From contig MTMA02000006.1 of the NCBI GenBank assembly GCA_002011075.2, forward strand, positions 411,529 to 475,528: a DNA stretch of 64,000 nucleotides, written 5' to 3'. Below, in pieces: positions 29,613-38,628 of the stretch (position 1 is its first letter; every line of letters begins with the position of its first letter). The notes beneath the pieces are model-generated. The model had not been told where the DNA came from. It worked only from the letters and a program-made list of their open reading frames with translations, and did no database searches. The stretch is from Candidatus Scotarchaeum otlingeri. Its GTDB lineage: Archaea; Thermoproteota; Nitrososphaeria; Geothermarchaeales; JDFR-13. The position numbers were made by a program, and so were the translations under genes.

Positions 29613-31235
29613 CTACTTCTTCTTTCTCTTAGGCGGCTTCATTAATTTATCTAATTTCTTATCTAATTCCTTTAGCTCCTTTAGATATTCCTCCCTGAGT
29701 TCATTATATGTCTCCGATGAGATCTCTCCTTTAGAATTTAGATGTTTAATAGCCCTCAACTTAATTCTAACAAGTTCTCTCCTCAGCTTTAATGCCTCCA
29801 TCTCCACCATCCACTTCATCTCCTTATCTTCATATAAAGCATGCATCTCCTCATCCAACTTCTCCATTTCCTTCTGAACTTCCCTACTCAGCATCCTATA
29901 GATTTTTATATCGATCAATCCCTCATCATATTTGAGTTCAAGTTCTTTAAGAGCATCTTGCAAGGCTATATACCTGGACTTAAGTTTTTCATACTTTAGA
30001 TGGATAGGTGTAACTTTCACTTTACAGAAGTAGTCGGCCAAATGTTTCCCACCGAAACCGACGAATAAAAGTGACGCTAAAGTGATTATCAATATAATGT
30101 TGAATATTATTTCTGCATTCGTGATCGCCGAAATTAATATTAAGTTTGCGACTGCCGCAGAAACTGTGCCTCTAGCACCAGCTAACGATATAAAGAGCTT
30201 CTCATTCGTCGTAAACTCGGCAAATCCGGTTGTTGAAATAAATACTGCAATAGGTCTAACAACAAACAAGGCTATAAGCATCAGTATAATTCCTGTATAT
30301 GCATTGGATAGTAGTCCCTCTATAGAGATCGCTGCTCCTAGAGTCATGAATATAATGACTTCCGCTATAAATACTATATTCTCCCAAAAAGAAAGGGTCT
30401 CCATACCTTCAATTGGCACTATCCCCCGGGGAGCAAAATAATGCCTGAAGACGATCCCTGATACTACTACAGCTACTGCTGGATTAACAAATGAATATGT
30501 TGTTAATATGAATGTGGATAATGTATATGTTGCAAGGAATAATAGCAGAGAAAAGTATAGAAGGTGTTCCTTCATCTTTAGCTTATCCACAATTCCACCT
30601 ACAACTACTCCCATCGTGTATCCTAGTAATATTCCGCCCATAAATTGCCTGAAAAACTCTAGTGTCACGAAATTTGGATCTATATTGCCGCCTTGGATTA
30701 CACCCAGCAAGATAGTTATTAGAACTATCACCATAGCATCATTAAAGGCAGATTCACCTATCAAGGTTGATACGATCTCTTCCTTGAGCGTCAATCCAGC
30801 GGTAATAACTTCAATCGCTGCCACATCAGTTGCAGCGACGGCCGTCCCGATCAAGGTCGAGGTTACAAAGTCCAATTTAAATAAATAATATCCAACCGCA
30901 GCGAAGAGAGCCGCCGATATCACTACACCTAATGTTGCAAGGGAGAATATCGGGCGGTATATTCTCTTTAATACCTCAATATCAAAATCCATCCCCTCAT
31001 AAAACAGGATAAGTGGAATTAAGAGGTGAGTTATTGTCTCTAGCGAAACTCCTAATTCTAGTGGGTTGAATATAGTTAATCCAATAGGGGAATATGGCCC
31101 TATAAAATAACCTGTTAACAATAAAGGAATGATGATAGGTATCCTTATTTTCTCTGCTATTTTAGCACCTATAATACCGGATAATAGAAGTATAATAAGT
31201 TGAATTTGAGTCGTATAGCCTATAATATCAACCAA
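29613..31235 (-). CDS. Cation:proton antiporter (CPA1/NhaP-type Na+/H+ exchanger) with charged coiled-coil tail
   Basis: About 400-aa polytopic domain ('GESAFNDAMVIVL' is a CPA1-type motif) followed by about 130 aa of K/E-rich heptad-like sequence ending 'KPPKRKKK'. Confidence 0.8.
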   Translation of the reverse strand: MVDIIGYTTQIQLIILLLSGIIGAKIAEKIRIPIIIPLLLTGYFIGPYSPIGLTIFNPLELGVSLETITHLLIPLILFYEGMDFDIEVLKRIYRPIFSLATLGVVISAALFAAVGYYLFKLDFVTSTLIGTAVAATDVAAIEVITAGLTLKEEIVSTLIGESAFNDAMVIVLITILLGVIQGGNIDPNFVTLEFFRQFMGGILLGYTMGVVVGGIVDKLKMKEHLLYFSLLLFLATYTLSTFILTTYSFVNPAVAVVVSGIVFRHYFAPRGIVPIEGMETLSFWENIVFIAEVIIFMTLGAAISIEGLLSNAYTGIILMLIALFVVRPIAVFISTTGFAEFTTNEKLFISLAGARGTVSAAVANLILISAITNAEIIFNIILIITLASLLFVGFGGKHLADYFCKVKVTPIHLKYEKLKSRYIALQDALKELELKYDEGLIDIKIYRMLSREVQKEMEKLDEEMHALYEDKEMKWMVEMEALKLRRELVRIKLRAIKHLNSKGEISSETYNELREEYLKELKELDKKLDKLMKPPKRKKK

Positions 31236-31348
31236 GCGACATCCCTAAATAATATGATAAAAATTTATTTAAAATATATCTTTCAATAGCCATCATATTA
31301 GAGGGATACAAGAAGTCTCATAATTAATATTTATGGGGTGACATAGAT

Positions 31349-32131
31349 ATGGAAGTTCTCAGACATCTTATTAAAGTAACGGAATTGATGAGAAAAGCTA
31401 TTTTTGAAGAAAAAGAGAAGTGGCTTGGATATGTAGACATAAAAGAACTCGAGCATAAAGTAGATAATGCCTCCGCTGATGTACTCAAAAAATATCTTGA
31501 TGATAATAACCTCAGATTTAGAGTGATAAGCGAGGAAGGCTTCAAGGATCAGGGGCCTAGCGGGGAGTTATTAATAGTTGACCCTATTGACGGAACCAGA
31601 AATTTTGTAAAGGGGGTACCCTTCTCTTCTATATCGATAGCGGTCGCTAAAAGTGATACGATGGATTCAGTATATCTAGGTGTAGTTAGAGACATCTTTA
31701 GAAATGACGTTTATTGGGCCATTAAAGGGGAAGGAGCATATAAGAACGGAGTTAAGATAAATGTAAGTCGCATAAAAAAGGTGTATAAAGCACAAATTAG
31801 TTTATCCATAACTCTAAGTAGATGTGGCGCAAGTCCGATTCACAATCTATTACCATATATTCCTTTTCCCCGTTATCTAGGTTCCGCTGCATTAGAGACC
31901 TGTTTTGTCGGCGAGGGCGTCTTAGACGGATACGTCGACATTAGAGATAAATTAAGGGTATTTGATATAGCCGCCGGTCAATTGATCGTTAAAGAGGCGG
32001 GTGGAAAAATAATCATATGGCAAAACAGAAAGAAAGAAATCTCCTTATCAAGCGTCCACGGCATCTCAATTATTGCGGTCTCTACACCCCATCTACTCGA
32101 GGCCATTATGGATATACTACGATTATCCTAA
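31349..32131 (+). CDS. Inositol monophosphatase / fructose-1,6-bisphosphatase family protein
   Basis: IMPase motifs 'ISEEG', 'LIVDPIDGTRNF', 'FDIAAGQLIVKEAGG'. Confidence 0.8.
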   Translation: MEVLRHLIKVTELMRKAIFEEKEKWLGYVDIKELEHKVDNASADVLKKYLDDNNLRFRVISEEGFKDQGPSGELLIVDPIDGTRNFVKGVPFSSISIAVAKSDTMDSVYLGVVRDIFRNDVYWAIKGEGAYKNGVKINVSRIKKVYKAQISLSITLSRCGASPIHNLLPYIPFPRYLGSAALETCFVGEGVLDGYVDIRDKLRVFDIAAGQLIVKEAGGKIIIWQNRKKEISLSSVHGISIIAVSTPHLLEAIMDILRLS

Positions 32132-32193
32132 ATTTAGAGGTATAATACCCTCAGATTAAATTATATATCCCACATAACTCTCCAAGTATATTT

Positions 32194-32763
32194 TTGGGGA
32201 TATTTATGGAGAAATATATAAAAGTAAGCCGTTTTTATACTCTTCTCCATCCCCGTATAACTACATTGATAACAACCTATTGCGGCAATCAGAAATATAA
32301 TGTTATGCCATGTACATGGCATACTCCAGTTACATGGGATCCAGATTTAATATTAATAGTTGTCGATAAAGAAAACTTTACGCATGAATGTATCAGAAAG
32401 ACGGGGGAATTTGTCGTGAATATTCCTGATGATAAGATCATAAATAAGATAATGAAGCTTGCAGTACATGGCCATAAGCGAGATAAGTTCAGATCAGCAA
32501 ATATAGAAGTTATTCCCTCGCGTCATGTGAAGCCGCCGATAATAAAAGGTTCTATTGCATATATGGAGGTAAAGCTAGAGAGGGAAGTCGAGCTAGATGA
32601 GGAGTCGCTATTTATTGGAAGGGTATTAGACGCTCGAATACGTAAAGATGTTTCGAATAAGTATGGCACATGGGATTATGCTAAGGCAAAATTGATACTT
32701 CAACATTGGCATAATGTGTTTATTAAGATAGATCCAGAAAGTATGATATATGCCCCCGAATAA
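32194..32763 (+). CDS. Flavin reductase-like (FMN-binding split barrel) domain protein
   Basis: About 185 aa with 'HPRITTLITT...NVMPCTWHTPV' and 'FVVNIP', the usual N-terminal pattern of flavin-reductase-like domains. The likely start is ATG 32206. Confidence 0.55.
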   Translation: MGIFMEKYIKVSRFYTLLHPRITTLITTYCGNQKYNVMPCTWHTPVTWDPDLILIVVDKENFTHECIRKTGEFVVNIPDDKIINKIMKLAVHGHKRDKFRSANIEVIPSRHVKPPIIKGSIAYMEVKLEREVELDEESLFIGRVLDARIRKDVSNKYGTWDYAKAKLILQHWHNVFIKIDPESMIYAPE

Positions 32764-33222
32764 TTATGGGAATTTCTCCATATAATCCCTCTGCGCCTTT
32801 TTTTCCTGTTCAGACACTAGATTTTCATCTACATAAATGTCTATTCCAGCGATTAAACTAAGTAAAATAGCGTGGCTTGGAATCATTTTTAATTCTTTAT
32901 GCATACCATTCTTCTTTACAAGAGTTGCAGCATATATATCTCTATCCTTATCTAATGTATCTATAATTATCGATTCTATTGTTTGCGATACAGCCTTCTC
33001 TAAATCAGGAAGATCGGATAGAACTTCACCTAAACTCATCCTATAGTCATCCATTAAACTTTCCTTTAGCCTCAAACATTCTATTGCGATAAACTTGGGT
33101 ATATTAAACATTGTGAATACCCTTCCATCCTCCAGTAGAAGATTCACTCCAGTACTCTCTACGAATCCCTTCTGAGATGAAAATGTAAAGAATTCATAAT
33201 TCACGACTTTCAGCTTGACCAT
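32764..33222 (-). CDS. Bifunctional nuclease (BFN/DUF151)-like protein
   Basis: The pattern 'NLLLEDGRVFTMFNIPKFIAIE' ... 'IYAATLV' ... 'MIPSHAILLSLIAGIDIYVDENLV' is collinear with the BFN domain layout (...PIWIG..EA ... FYA.L ... RPSDAIALAL....PI.V.E.V). Similarity judged by eye. Confidence 0.4.
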   Translation of the reverse strand: MVKLKVVNYEFFTFSSQKGFVESTGVNLLLEDGRVFTMFNIPKFIAIECLRLKESLMDDYRMSLGEVLSDLPDLEKAVSQTIESIIIDTLDKDRDIYAATLVKKNGMHKELKMIPSHAILLSLIAGIDIYVDENLVSEQEKKAQRDYMEKFP

Positions 33223-33366
33223 ATATTATGTACACCCACACCTCAATACCAAATATGAACCTCTTTCTTATATATAATTACCTATATCCTAAAAAATTAT
33301 TTAAATAAATAATTTGAAGCGCATCATAAAGGATTAAAATCATGATTTAGTCATATAACTTCTTTC

Positions 33367-34131
33367 TTACCTCTTAAGTAGATTCCTCATATATATACAT
33401 TCATCAAGAATTATTTTGACAGCCCCACTCTTCAGGCTTCTCCTATATACATCCTCTGGAGCATCCTTTATAATGACAAAGGGAATCATTTCAGTCGTTT
33501 CCCTCATAAGTAAATGTGCAGTTGAAGCCAAATCATCTACAACATTCATCCAAGTAACCAAGAGTTCCTTCCCATATAAGTCATATCTTCCCCTCAAGTC
33601 TATACTTTGATTCAGACCCGCCGAGCCAAGGGCAAAACCCACAGTGCCTCTCCGCATAGGCATTACTTTGCTATCGACTATTATTATCCCTGAATCAACG
33701 CCAAACCGTTCATCAACCTCTCTTTTTATCCACATAGCCTCATCATCCGGATAATCTGGCCACCTACAAGCATAGCCAACAGGAACATTTTTTCTATCTA
33801 ACCCTGCATTAATAACTAAGATATCATCTTTAATGGTGATTATTCCATTGTAATCATGGCTTATTATTTTGTCCGCCTCCTTTATAACCGCCTCTACAAA
33901 CCTAGGGTCCAACCCAGTTTCATTAGAGAGCTTAATAGCCTCCTTAGAGGGTCTAATGTCATAGTAGTATATTAGGTATCCTCTGCAGATTGACAAGACT
34001 TTAGCAGATATAGCTATAATATCGTTAGTCTCTATCTTGATGCCATTATCATTTATGGTGTTTACCAGTATGTTTATCAAGTCACTGTTAATTTCTATTA
34101 GACCGGTCTTAATAGGTAAAACGATCATCAC
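33367..34131 (-). CDS. CofE-like (F420-0:gamma-glutamyl ligase family) protein
   Basis: 254 aa with 'DIIAISAKVLS', 'NAGLDRKNVP' and 'GIIIVDS', resembling the CofE ligase domain. Confidence 0.55.
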   Translation of the reverse strand: MMIVLPIKTGLIEINSDLINILVNTINDNGIKIETNDIIAISAKVLSICRGYLIYYYDIRPSKEAIKLSNETGLDPRFVEAVIKEADKIISHDYNGIITIKDDILVINAGLDRKNVPVGYACRWPDYPDDEAMWIKREVDERFGVDSGIIIVDSKVMPMRRGTVGFALGSAGLNQSIDLRGRYDLYGKELLVTWMNVVDDLASTAHLLMRETTEMIPFVIIKDAPEDVYRRSLKSGAVKIILDECIYMRNLLKR

Positions 34132-34178
34132 GCTTCAAATATATAGATTTACATCTATGAATAATTATTGTATCATAT

Positions 34179-35186
34179 ATGTGGCGAGAGAAGAAGAGGG
34201 TACTTAGAAGAGGCATAATAGCTGTATCATTAGCTACATTGGCCCCGATTATCATGCTACTATTGATACAGATACCTATCAACGAAGTTATGAATATACC
34301 TCCTCATGCTGTTCTGATAGCCTCACTCTTATCAATAGGGATAATTCTATTGAAAGGTTTCCGTATGATAATTCTTTCAAAGATATTTGATGTAAATCTT
34401 GGGTTCAGCAAAGCTATTTTAATCAGAAGTGCGAGTGAAGTATTGGCATTAATTTCACCTGGCTTCACGGGTGATGAAGTATTTAGAGCTTACTACTTAC
34501 ATAAGAAAGGAGTTGATCCGGGAAGGTCTATATGGATCTCTTATCTGGATATTTTCAGTGACGTATCTATTGCCTCTATTATAGGTATGCTGGGAGGCAT
34601 ATATCTTGCTTTTAGAAATAACTATCTCTTTTCCACTATAATCATAATTATTTCGCTAGTAATCTTGTTTCTCCACATATTTATATTTAATAGCATGAGG
34701 AGAGGGAAGGCGGATTTACCTAGGATTATCGTACGAATAATCCAAATTATTGCTGGTAAAAGATACTACGAGAGGCTCATAAACTGGGTGAAGCGAAGGA
34801 TCTCAGAGGTAAACCAAGTCTCACTTAATCTTCCAGAGAGATTGCTTATAAAAAACTTATTACTTTCATATTTCATAACTATCCTAATGGCATTTATGTC
34901 GGGAGCCGCTCTAATGTCTCTATTTACATCATTGAATTTTCAAATCGGGATTATAAACTCGACGTTATCTGTACATGTATATCTTGTCTTGACCGCTTTA
35001 CCGATTACAATAGGCGGTACAGGTGTTACCGAGGTTTCATTAGCAATATATTCCTTTACTTCAGCTGGTAGTATTCCATGGCTAGCAATAGCGGGATATA
35101 GATTCTCAACATATCACATACCCCTCCTATTTACAGCTCTAATGATGGCCTTATTATTGGGAAAATATAAAATAAATAATTATTAA
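34179..35186 (+). CDS. Integral membrane protein (UPF0104 / lysyl-PG-synthase TM-region-like, flippase-like)
   Basis: 335 aa, about 8 hydrophobic helices, with a basic loop in the middle. The family call is tentative. Confidence 0.45.
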   Translation: MWREKKRVLRRGIIAVSLATLAPIIMLLLIQIPINEVMNIPPHAVLIASLLSIGIILLKGFRMIILSKIFDVNLGFSKAILIRSASEVLALISPGFTGDEVFRAYYLHKKGVDPGRSIWISYLDIFSDVSIASIIGMLGGIYLAFRNNYLFSTIIIIISLVILFLHIFIFNSMRRGKADLPRIIVRIIQIIAGKRYYERLINWVKRRISEVNQVSLNLPERLLIKNLLLSYFITILMAFMSGAALMSLFTSLNFQIGIINSTLSVHVYLVLTALPITIGGTGVTEVSLAIYSFTSAGSIPWLAIAGYRFSTYHIPLLFTALMMALLLGKYKINNY

Positions 35187-35231
35187 GGAATACTAAACCA
35201 AATAATATAGATGTGCCTTTGGTGATAACTA

Positions 35232-36374
35232 TTGAAGGAATATGATGTTATAGTAGTTGGAGCAGGGCCGGCGGGGATACCGGCCGCAAGATCCTCAGCA
35301 GAAATAGGGGCGAAAACGCTTCTCATTGAAAAGAACCAGACGATCATGGCTCAGAAGCCATGCGGAGAAGCCACCAGTTTAAGTACATTTAATGATATGG
35401 GCCTGGATCCAAAACCGTATATCGTTCTACAGAAGGTTAGGAATAGGGTCTATGCCCCTAATGGAAAATATCTGGATCTGGGAATTGAGGCGTTATCAAT
35501 TAATAAAACCATGTATCTACAGGAGCTCGCGCTTAAGGCCGCTGAAGCTGGAGCCGAGATACATGTAAAAGAGAGGGTGGATGGCATAGTATACAAGGGA
35601 GGAGTTATGGAGGTTAAGACTACTAATGAAGTATATCGAGCGAAAGTCGTTATAGGTGCAGATGGTTATAACTCTACAGTAGCACGAAGCCTAGGTATCA
35701 CGGAGAAGTCAGAACCTATACCCACAGTAATATATTTGATGGTCAATGTAGATCTAGAAGATCCGGATGTCGCTAAGTTTTTCATCGGCACGACCATTGC
35801 ACCTAAAGGATATGCATGGATATTTCCCAAAAGCGAAGGGGTGGCCGAAGTCGGAGTAGGCGTAAGAGGAGGCCAAGCTAAATATTATCTTGATAAATTT
35901 GTGGAGCAGCATAGAGATGAGCTTGGCAAGGCGCAAATAATTGATTATCGAGGTGCTTTGGTTCCTATAGGGGGTATGATTGAAAATAATGTGGGAGACG
36001 GATTCATATTAATAGGAGATGCCGCCGGCACCGTGATACCTCTAACAGGCGCTGGGATACACTCCTCTGGAGTAGCTGGCTTAATAGCTGGTGAGGTCGC
36101 TGGGAGGGCTGCATTGGAAGGAGACTCTTCGAAGCAACGGTTACTTGAGTTCCGGAAGAGATATGAGGACCCCTGGGGGGAACGGATAAAGAAAAGTCTA
36201 AAAGCTATGAGGGCGTTAGAGTCGTTGACCGATGACGAGTTTAATATGTTAGTAGATATACTTTCAGATGAGGATGTCGTTAATTTGGCAAGTGGTATTA
36301 ATCTATCAGCGACAGCCAAGAAATTATTGAGGCATCCTAAACTGGCTCTAAAGTTTGCGAGGTCTCTATTATAA
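35232..36374 (+). CDS. Geranylgeranyl reductase family FAD-dependent oxidoreductase (digeranylgeranylglycerophospholipid reductase-like)
   Basis: Rossmann motif 'YDVIVVGAGPAGIPAA', 'GADGYNS', 'LIGDAAG'. 380 aa, TTG start as listed. Confidence 0.85.
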   Translation: MKEYDVIVVGAGPAGIPAARSSAEIGAKTLLIEKNQTIMAQKPCGEATSLSTFNDMGLDPKPYIVLQKVRNRVYAPNGKYLDLGIEALSINKTMYLQELALKAAEAGAEIHVKERVDGIVYKGGVMEVKTTNEVYRAKVVIGADGYNSTVARSLGITEKSEPIPTVIYLMVNVDLEDPDVAKFFIGTTIAPKGYAWIFPKSEGVAEVGVGVRGGQAKYYLDKFVEQHRDELGKAQIIDYRGALVPIGGMIENNVGDGFILIGDAAGTVIPLTGAGIHSSGVAGLIAGEVAGRAALEGDSSKQRLLEFRKRYEDPWGERIKKSLKAMRALESLTDDEFNMLVDILSDEDVVNLASGINLSATAKKLLRHPKLALKFARSLL

Positions 36375-36377
36375 CTA

Positions 36378-37238
36378 TTATGGCCGCCATAAAAGACTTA
36401 ATATGTCCTCTATAGAACCCACCTCTATAATCTTAATGTCATATCCCTTCTCCTTAAGGTATTCTTCAACATCTATTTTGACCGGCTTATAAGTTATTAT
36501 TACAAAGCCAGGAACTATCTCGGTCCTTTCCTCGACATAAACAGTCACTACCCTCTCCCCCTTTGGCACTAAAAATATTTTAGCTCCATTCTCAGCAGCA
36601 GCTAGAGCTTTCTCCATTATAGCCCCTACCCTCCCTATGCTGCCATCGGGATTAATCGTGCCGGTCAGATACACGTTCTGATTCAAAGTCTTATTTAACA
36701 AGAAACTTATCAATAATACTGTGATCACGGCGCCTGCACTGGGTCCATCAACAATCTCCACCTCCTGATCAGCTGTCACTGATAATATAATGTCGAAGAA
36801 GGAGAGGTTAATACCTGTATAATTAACGGCGACGATTCTGGCGACTTCAATGCTTGTCTGCAAGTCTATACCTATCTTAGGCTCAGTATTAACGAATATC
36901 CGTCCCTTGCCTGGCACGATGGAGATGCTTATATTTAGAACCACACCTTCGTAGCCCCCAGTACCACTCTTAACCGCAACTGCATGGAAAGATAGGCTTC
37001 TAAAAAGACTCGAGGCTAAATCTATTCCTGTGGTATTTTCGTATATATAGGTAGTTAGCGCCTTATAGTACTCAAGTTGTTTCTGAAATACATTTATTTT
37101 ATTCTCTAGGTCTATTAACTCCTTTCTTAAAGCTAAATTATCGCTGTAAAGCTTTATGTAGCTATTTCCCAAGGCTATAAGCAAAATTATCAGTATAATA
37201 TTAGATGCCGCTAAGATAATTCTTGTTCTATCCCTCAC
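36378..37238 (-). CDS. Membrane-anchored S16 (Lon proteolytic domain) peptidase without ATPase module
   Basis: N-terminal TM helix plus a coiled-coil, then a Lon protease domain with the catalytic-serine motif 'DGPSAGAVITV' and 'TGTINPDGSIGRVGAI'. Confidence 0.7.
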   Translation of the reverse strand: MRDRTRIILAASNIILIILLIALGNSYIKLYSDNLALRKELIDLENKINVFQKQLEYYKALTTYIYENTTGIDLASSLFRSLSFHAVAVKSGTGGYEGVVLNISISIVPGKGRIFVNTEPKIGIDLQTSIEVARIVAVNYTGINLSFFDIILSVTADQEVEIVDGPSAGAVITVLLISFLLNKTLNQNVYLTGTINPDGSIGRVGAIMEKALAAAENGAKIFLVPKGERVVTVYVEERTEIVPGFVIITYKPVKIDVEEYLKEKGYDIKIIEVGSIEDILSLLWRP

Positions 37239-37428
37239 CGCCGACCCCCCATTTTATATCGGATTAATTAATTAGAAAATAAAGGTTATTATAGTTACCT
37301 TGCATACTTAATATCAAAAAATAACAGTCTTCTGAAGTTCCATAAAGTTATGGAATAGACAGTTTGAGGAACCGCATTTCGAGCATTATTTATAATTATT
37401 TATAGAAGGAGGCTTCTCTATTTATCTT

Positions 37429-37488
37429 GAGCGATGACGAGCGAGGTCCTCAATGAATTAATGATTAGGTGAGGACGGGTCGGAGCTC
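37429..37488 (+). ncRNA. Candidate C/D-box sRNA (degenerate boxes) or structured hairpin RNA
   Basis: GC-rich island in AT-rich spacer. Layout: GAGC-g-AUGACGA (C-like)-12 nt-AUGA (D'-like)-4 nt-AUGAUUA (C'-like)-12/13 nt-CGGA (D-like)-GCUC, with a 4-bp terminal stem GAGC/GCTC. Caveat: the two 'guides' are mutually complementary (GTCCTCA 37446-52 / TGAGGAC 37470-76) and the D box is non-canonical. Confidence 0.35.
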
Positions 37489-37490
37489 GA

Positions 37491-37547
37491 GGCGATGATG
37501 AGTCGGGGCTTATGAAGATGGATGATTTAAACGAATTGCCCTGAGCC
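37491..37547 (+). ncRNA. Candidate C/D-box sRNA (2'-O-methylation guide)
   Basis: GGC-g-AUGAUGA (C box, 37495-37501), about 10 nt, AUGA (D'-like, 37512-15), AUGAUUU (C'-like, 37522-28), exactly 12 nt, CUGA (D box, 37541-44), then GCC pairing with the 5' GGC. About 57 nt, typical archaeal sRNA size. A TATA-like 'TTTATAA' lies at 37389-95 upstream of the tandem pair. Confidence 0.6.
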
Positions 37548-37583
37548 CTATAACTGAGTAGTTTAATAGTTTAACTTTTCTTT

Positions 37584-38372
37584 GTGTGGATATACAATGA
37601 CTATATAGAAGTAGCTAACCTAATCATAAACATAGAGAACGTATACAAATCACTTAATAAGAACCTTCTATCCTATAGCAAGGGACTACATATGGATAAG
37701 AAAATATCAACTGGTATTCCAGAGGTAGATGAGTTACTTGATGGGGGATTAGAGCCTTCCGCCATAACCGAATTTTATGGATATAATTGGAGATTGGTTA
37801 AAATGCTTATGCACAGGATAATAGGGGAGATATCGTTAAGGAGATATATAGATATTATTTACAACCAATTGTTTGACGGATTAGATCCGTATTTACTGCT
37901 AAGGATCGTGAAGAAACTTGGTGGTAACTGGGACATCGCCGAATCAAATATACGGTTGATACGTTGCTTTAAACCTGAGGATCTAATCGAAGCCCTATCT
38001 CACTATAGGGGCGATCTACTTGTAATTGTAGACCCCTATCTACATATAGATGACCCGATTAAGAAGTGGGTTGAGGCGTCAAGCATATCCGCCGCCATAT
38101 ATAAACTTCTATTAAATGAAGTTACGATCATAGTTTTTAATAAAACATTTCACATTGGATACAGGCCTTCAGGAGGCAATTTTCATCACCATATTATACA
38201 CTATCTAGTGAGGGTGGAGGCGGGTGGAGAGGGATATATCTTGCTTAAGCTGGAGAAGAGTCCCCTCAAGAGAGGGGGGTATAAATTGCTTTCCACAGAC
38301 TCGTTTATAGGGATAGAGAGTTCTAAGCAGCAAGTATTATATAGTTGGATGGAGGTATATCGAGATGGGTAG
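37584..38372 (+). CDS. RecA/RadB-like protein lacking the Walker A P-loop
   Basis: From Met at 37692: 'ISTGIPEVDELLDGGLEPSAITEFYG', the RadA/RadB/KaiC N-terminal signature, is followed by 'YNWRLVKML' where GxxGxGKT is expected. The Walker-B-like 'LLVIVDP' is retained. The listed GTG 37584 start is less likely than ATG 37692. Confidence 0.6.
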   Translation: MWIYNDYIEVANLIINIENVYKSLNKNLLSYSKGLHMDKKISTGIPEVDELLDGGLEPSAITEFYGYNWRLVKMLMHRIIGEISLRRYIDIIYNQLFDGLDPYLLLRIVKKLGGNWDIAESNIRLIRCFKPEDLIEALSHYRGDLLVIVDPYLHIDDPIKKWVEASSISAAIYKLLLNEVTIIVFNKTFHIGYRPSGGNFHHHIIHYLVRVEAGGEGYILLKLEKSPLKRGGYKLLSTDSFIGIESSKQQVLYSWMEVYRDG

Positions 38373-38610
38373 GTCTGCACCTACATTTACGCACGCGTTT
38401 GACGAATATATAAAGAAATTTAGAAGTATAGCGTCTCGATACCTCCCTGAGGAGGATATGGAGACCATAGAAACCATTATACGGGAGGCTAGACGTATAC
38501 AAAACCTCTTTATAGCATTACCTATGGATCCGGTGGAAGCTCTCCTATTAGGCGGCATACTATCTTTATACAGGGAGATTAAAACTGTTACTCTTAAAGA
38601 ATGCCTGTAG
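38365..38610 (+). CDS. Hypothetical small helical protein (operon partner of RecA-like and PolB genes)
   Basis: 81-aa ORF overlapping the upstream gene by 8 nt and ending 18 nt before the polymerase gene. No motif recognised. Confidence 0.5.
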   Translation: MGRSAPTFTHAFDEYIKKFRSIASRYLPEEDMETIETIIREARRIQNLFIALPMDPVEALLLGGILSLYREIKTVTLKECL

Positions 38611-38628
38611 ATAACCGGAGGGTTTTTC

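Noticed and set aside
30082-30888. Two plus-strand ORFs (119 and 126 aa) inside the minus-strand Na+/H+ antiporter gene
   Set aside because: They are shadow ORFs opposite a 540-aa transporter gene with a coherent TM topology.
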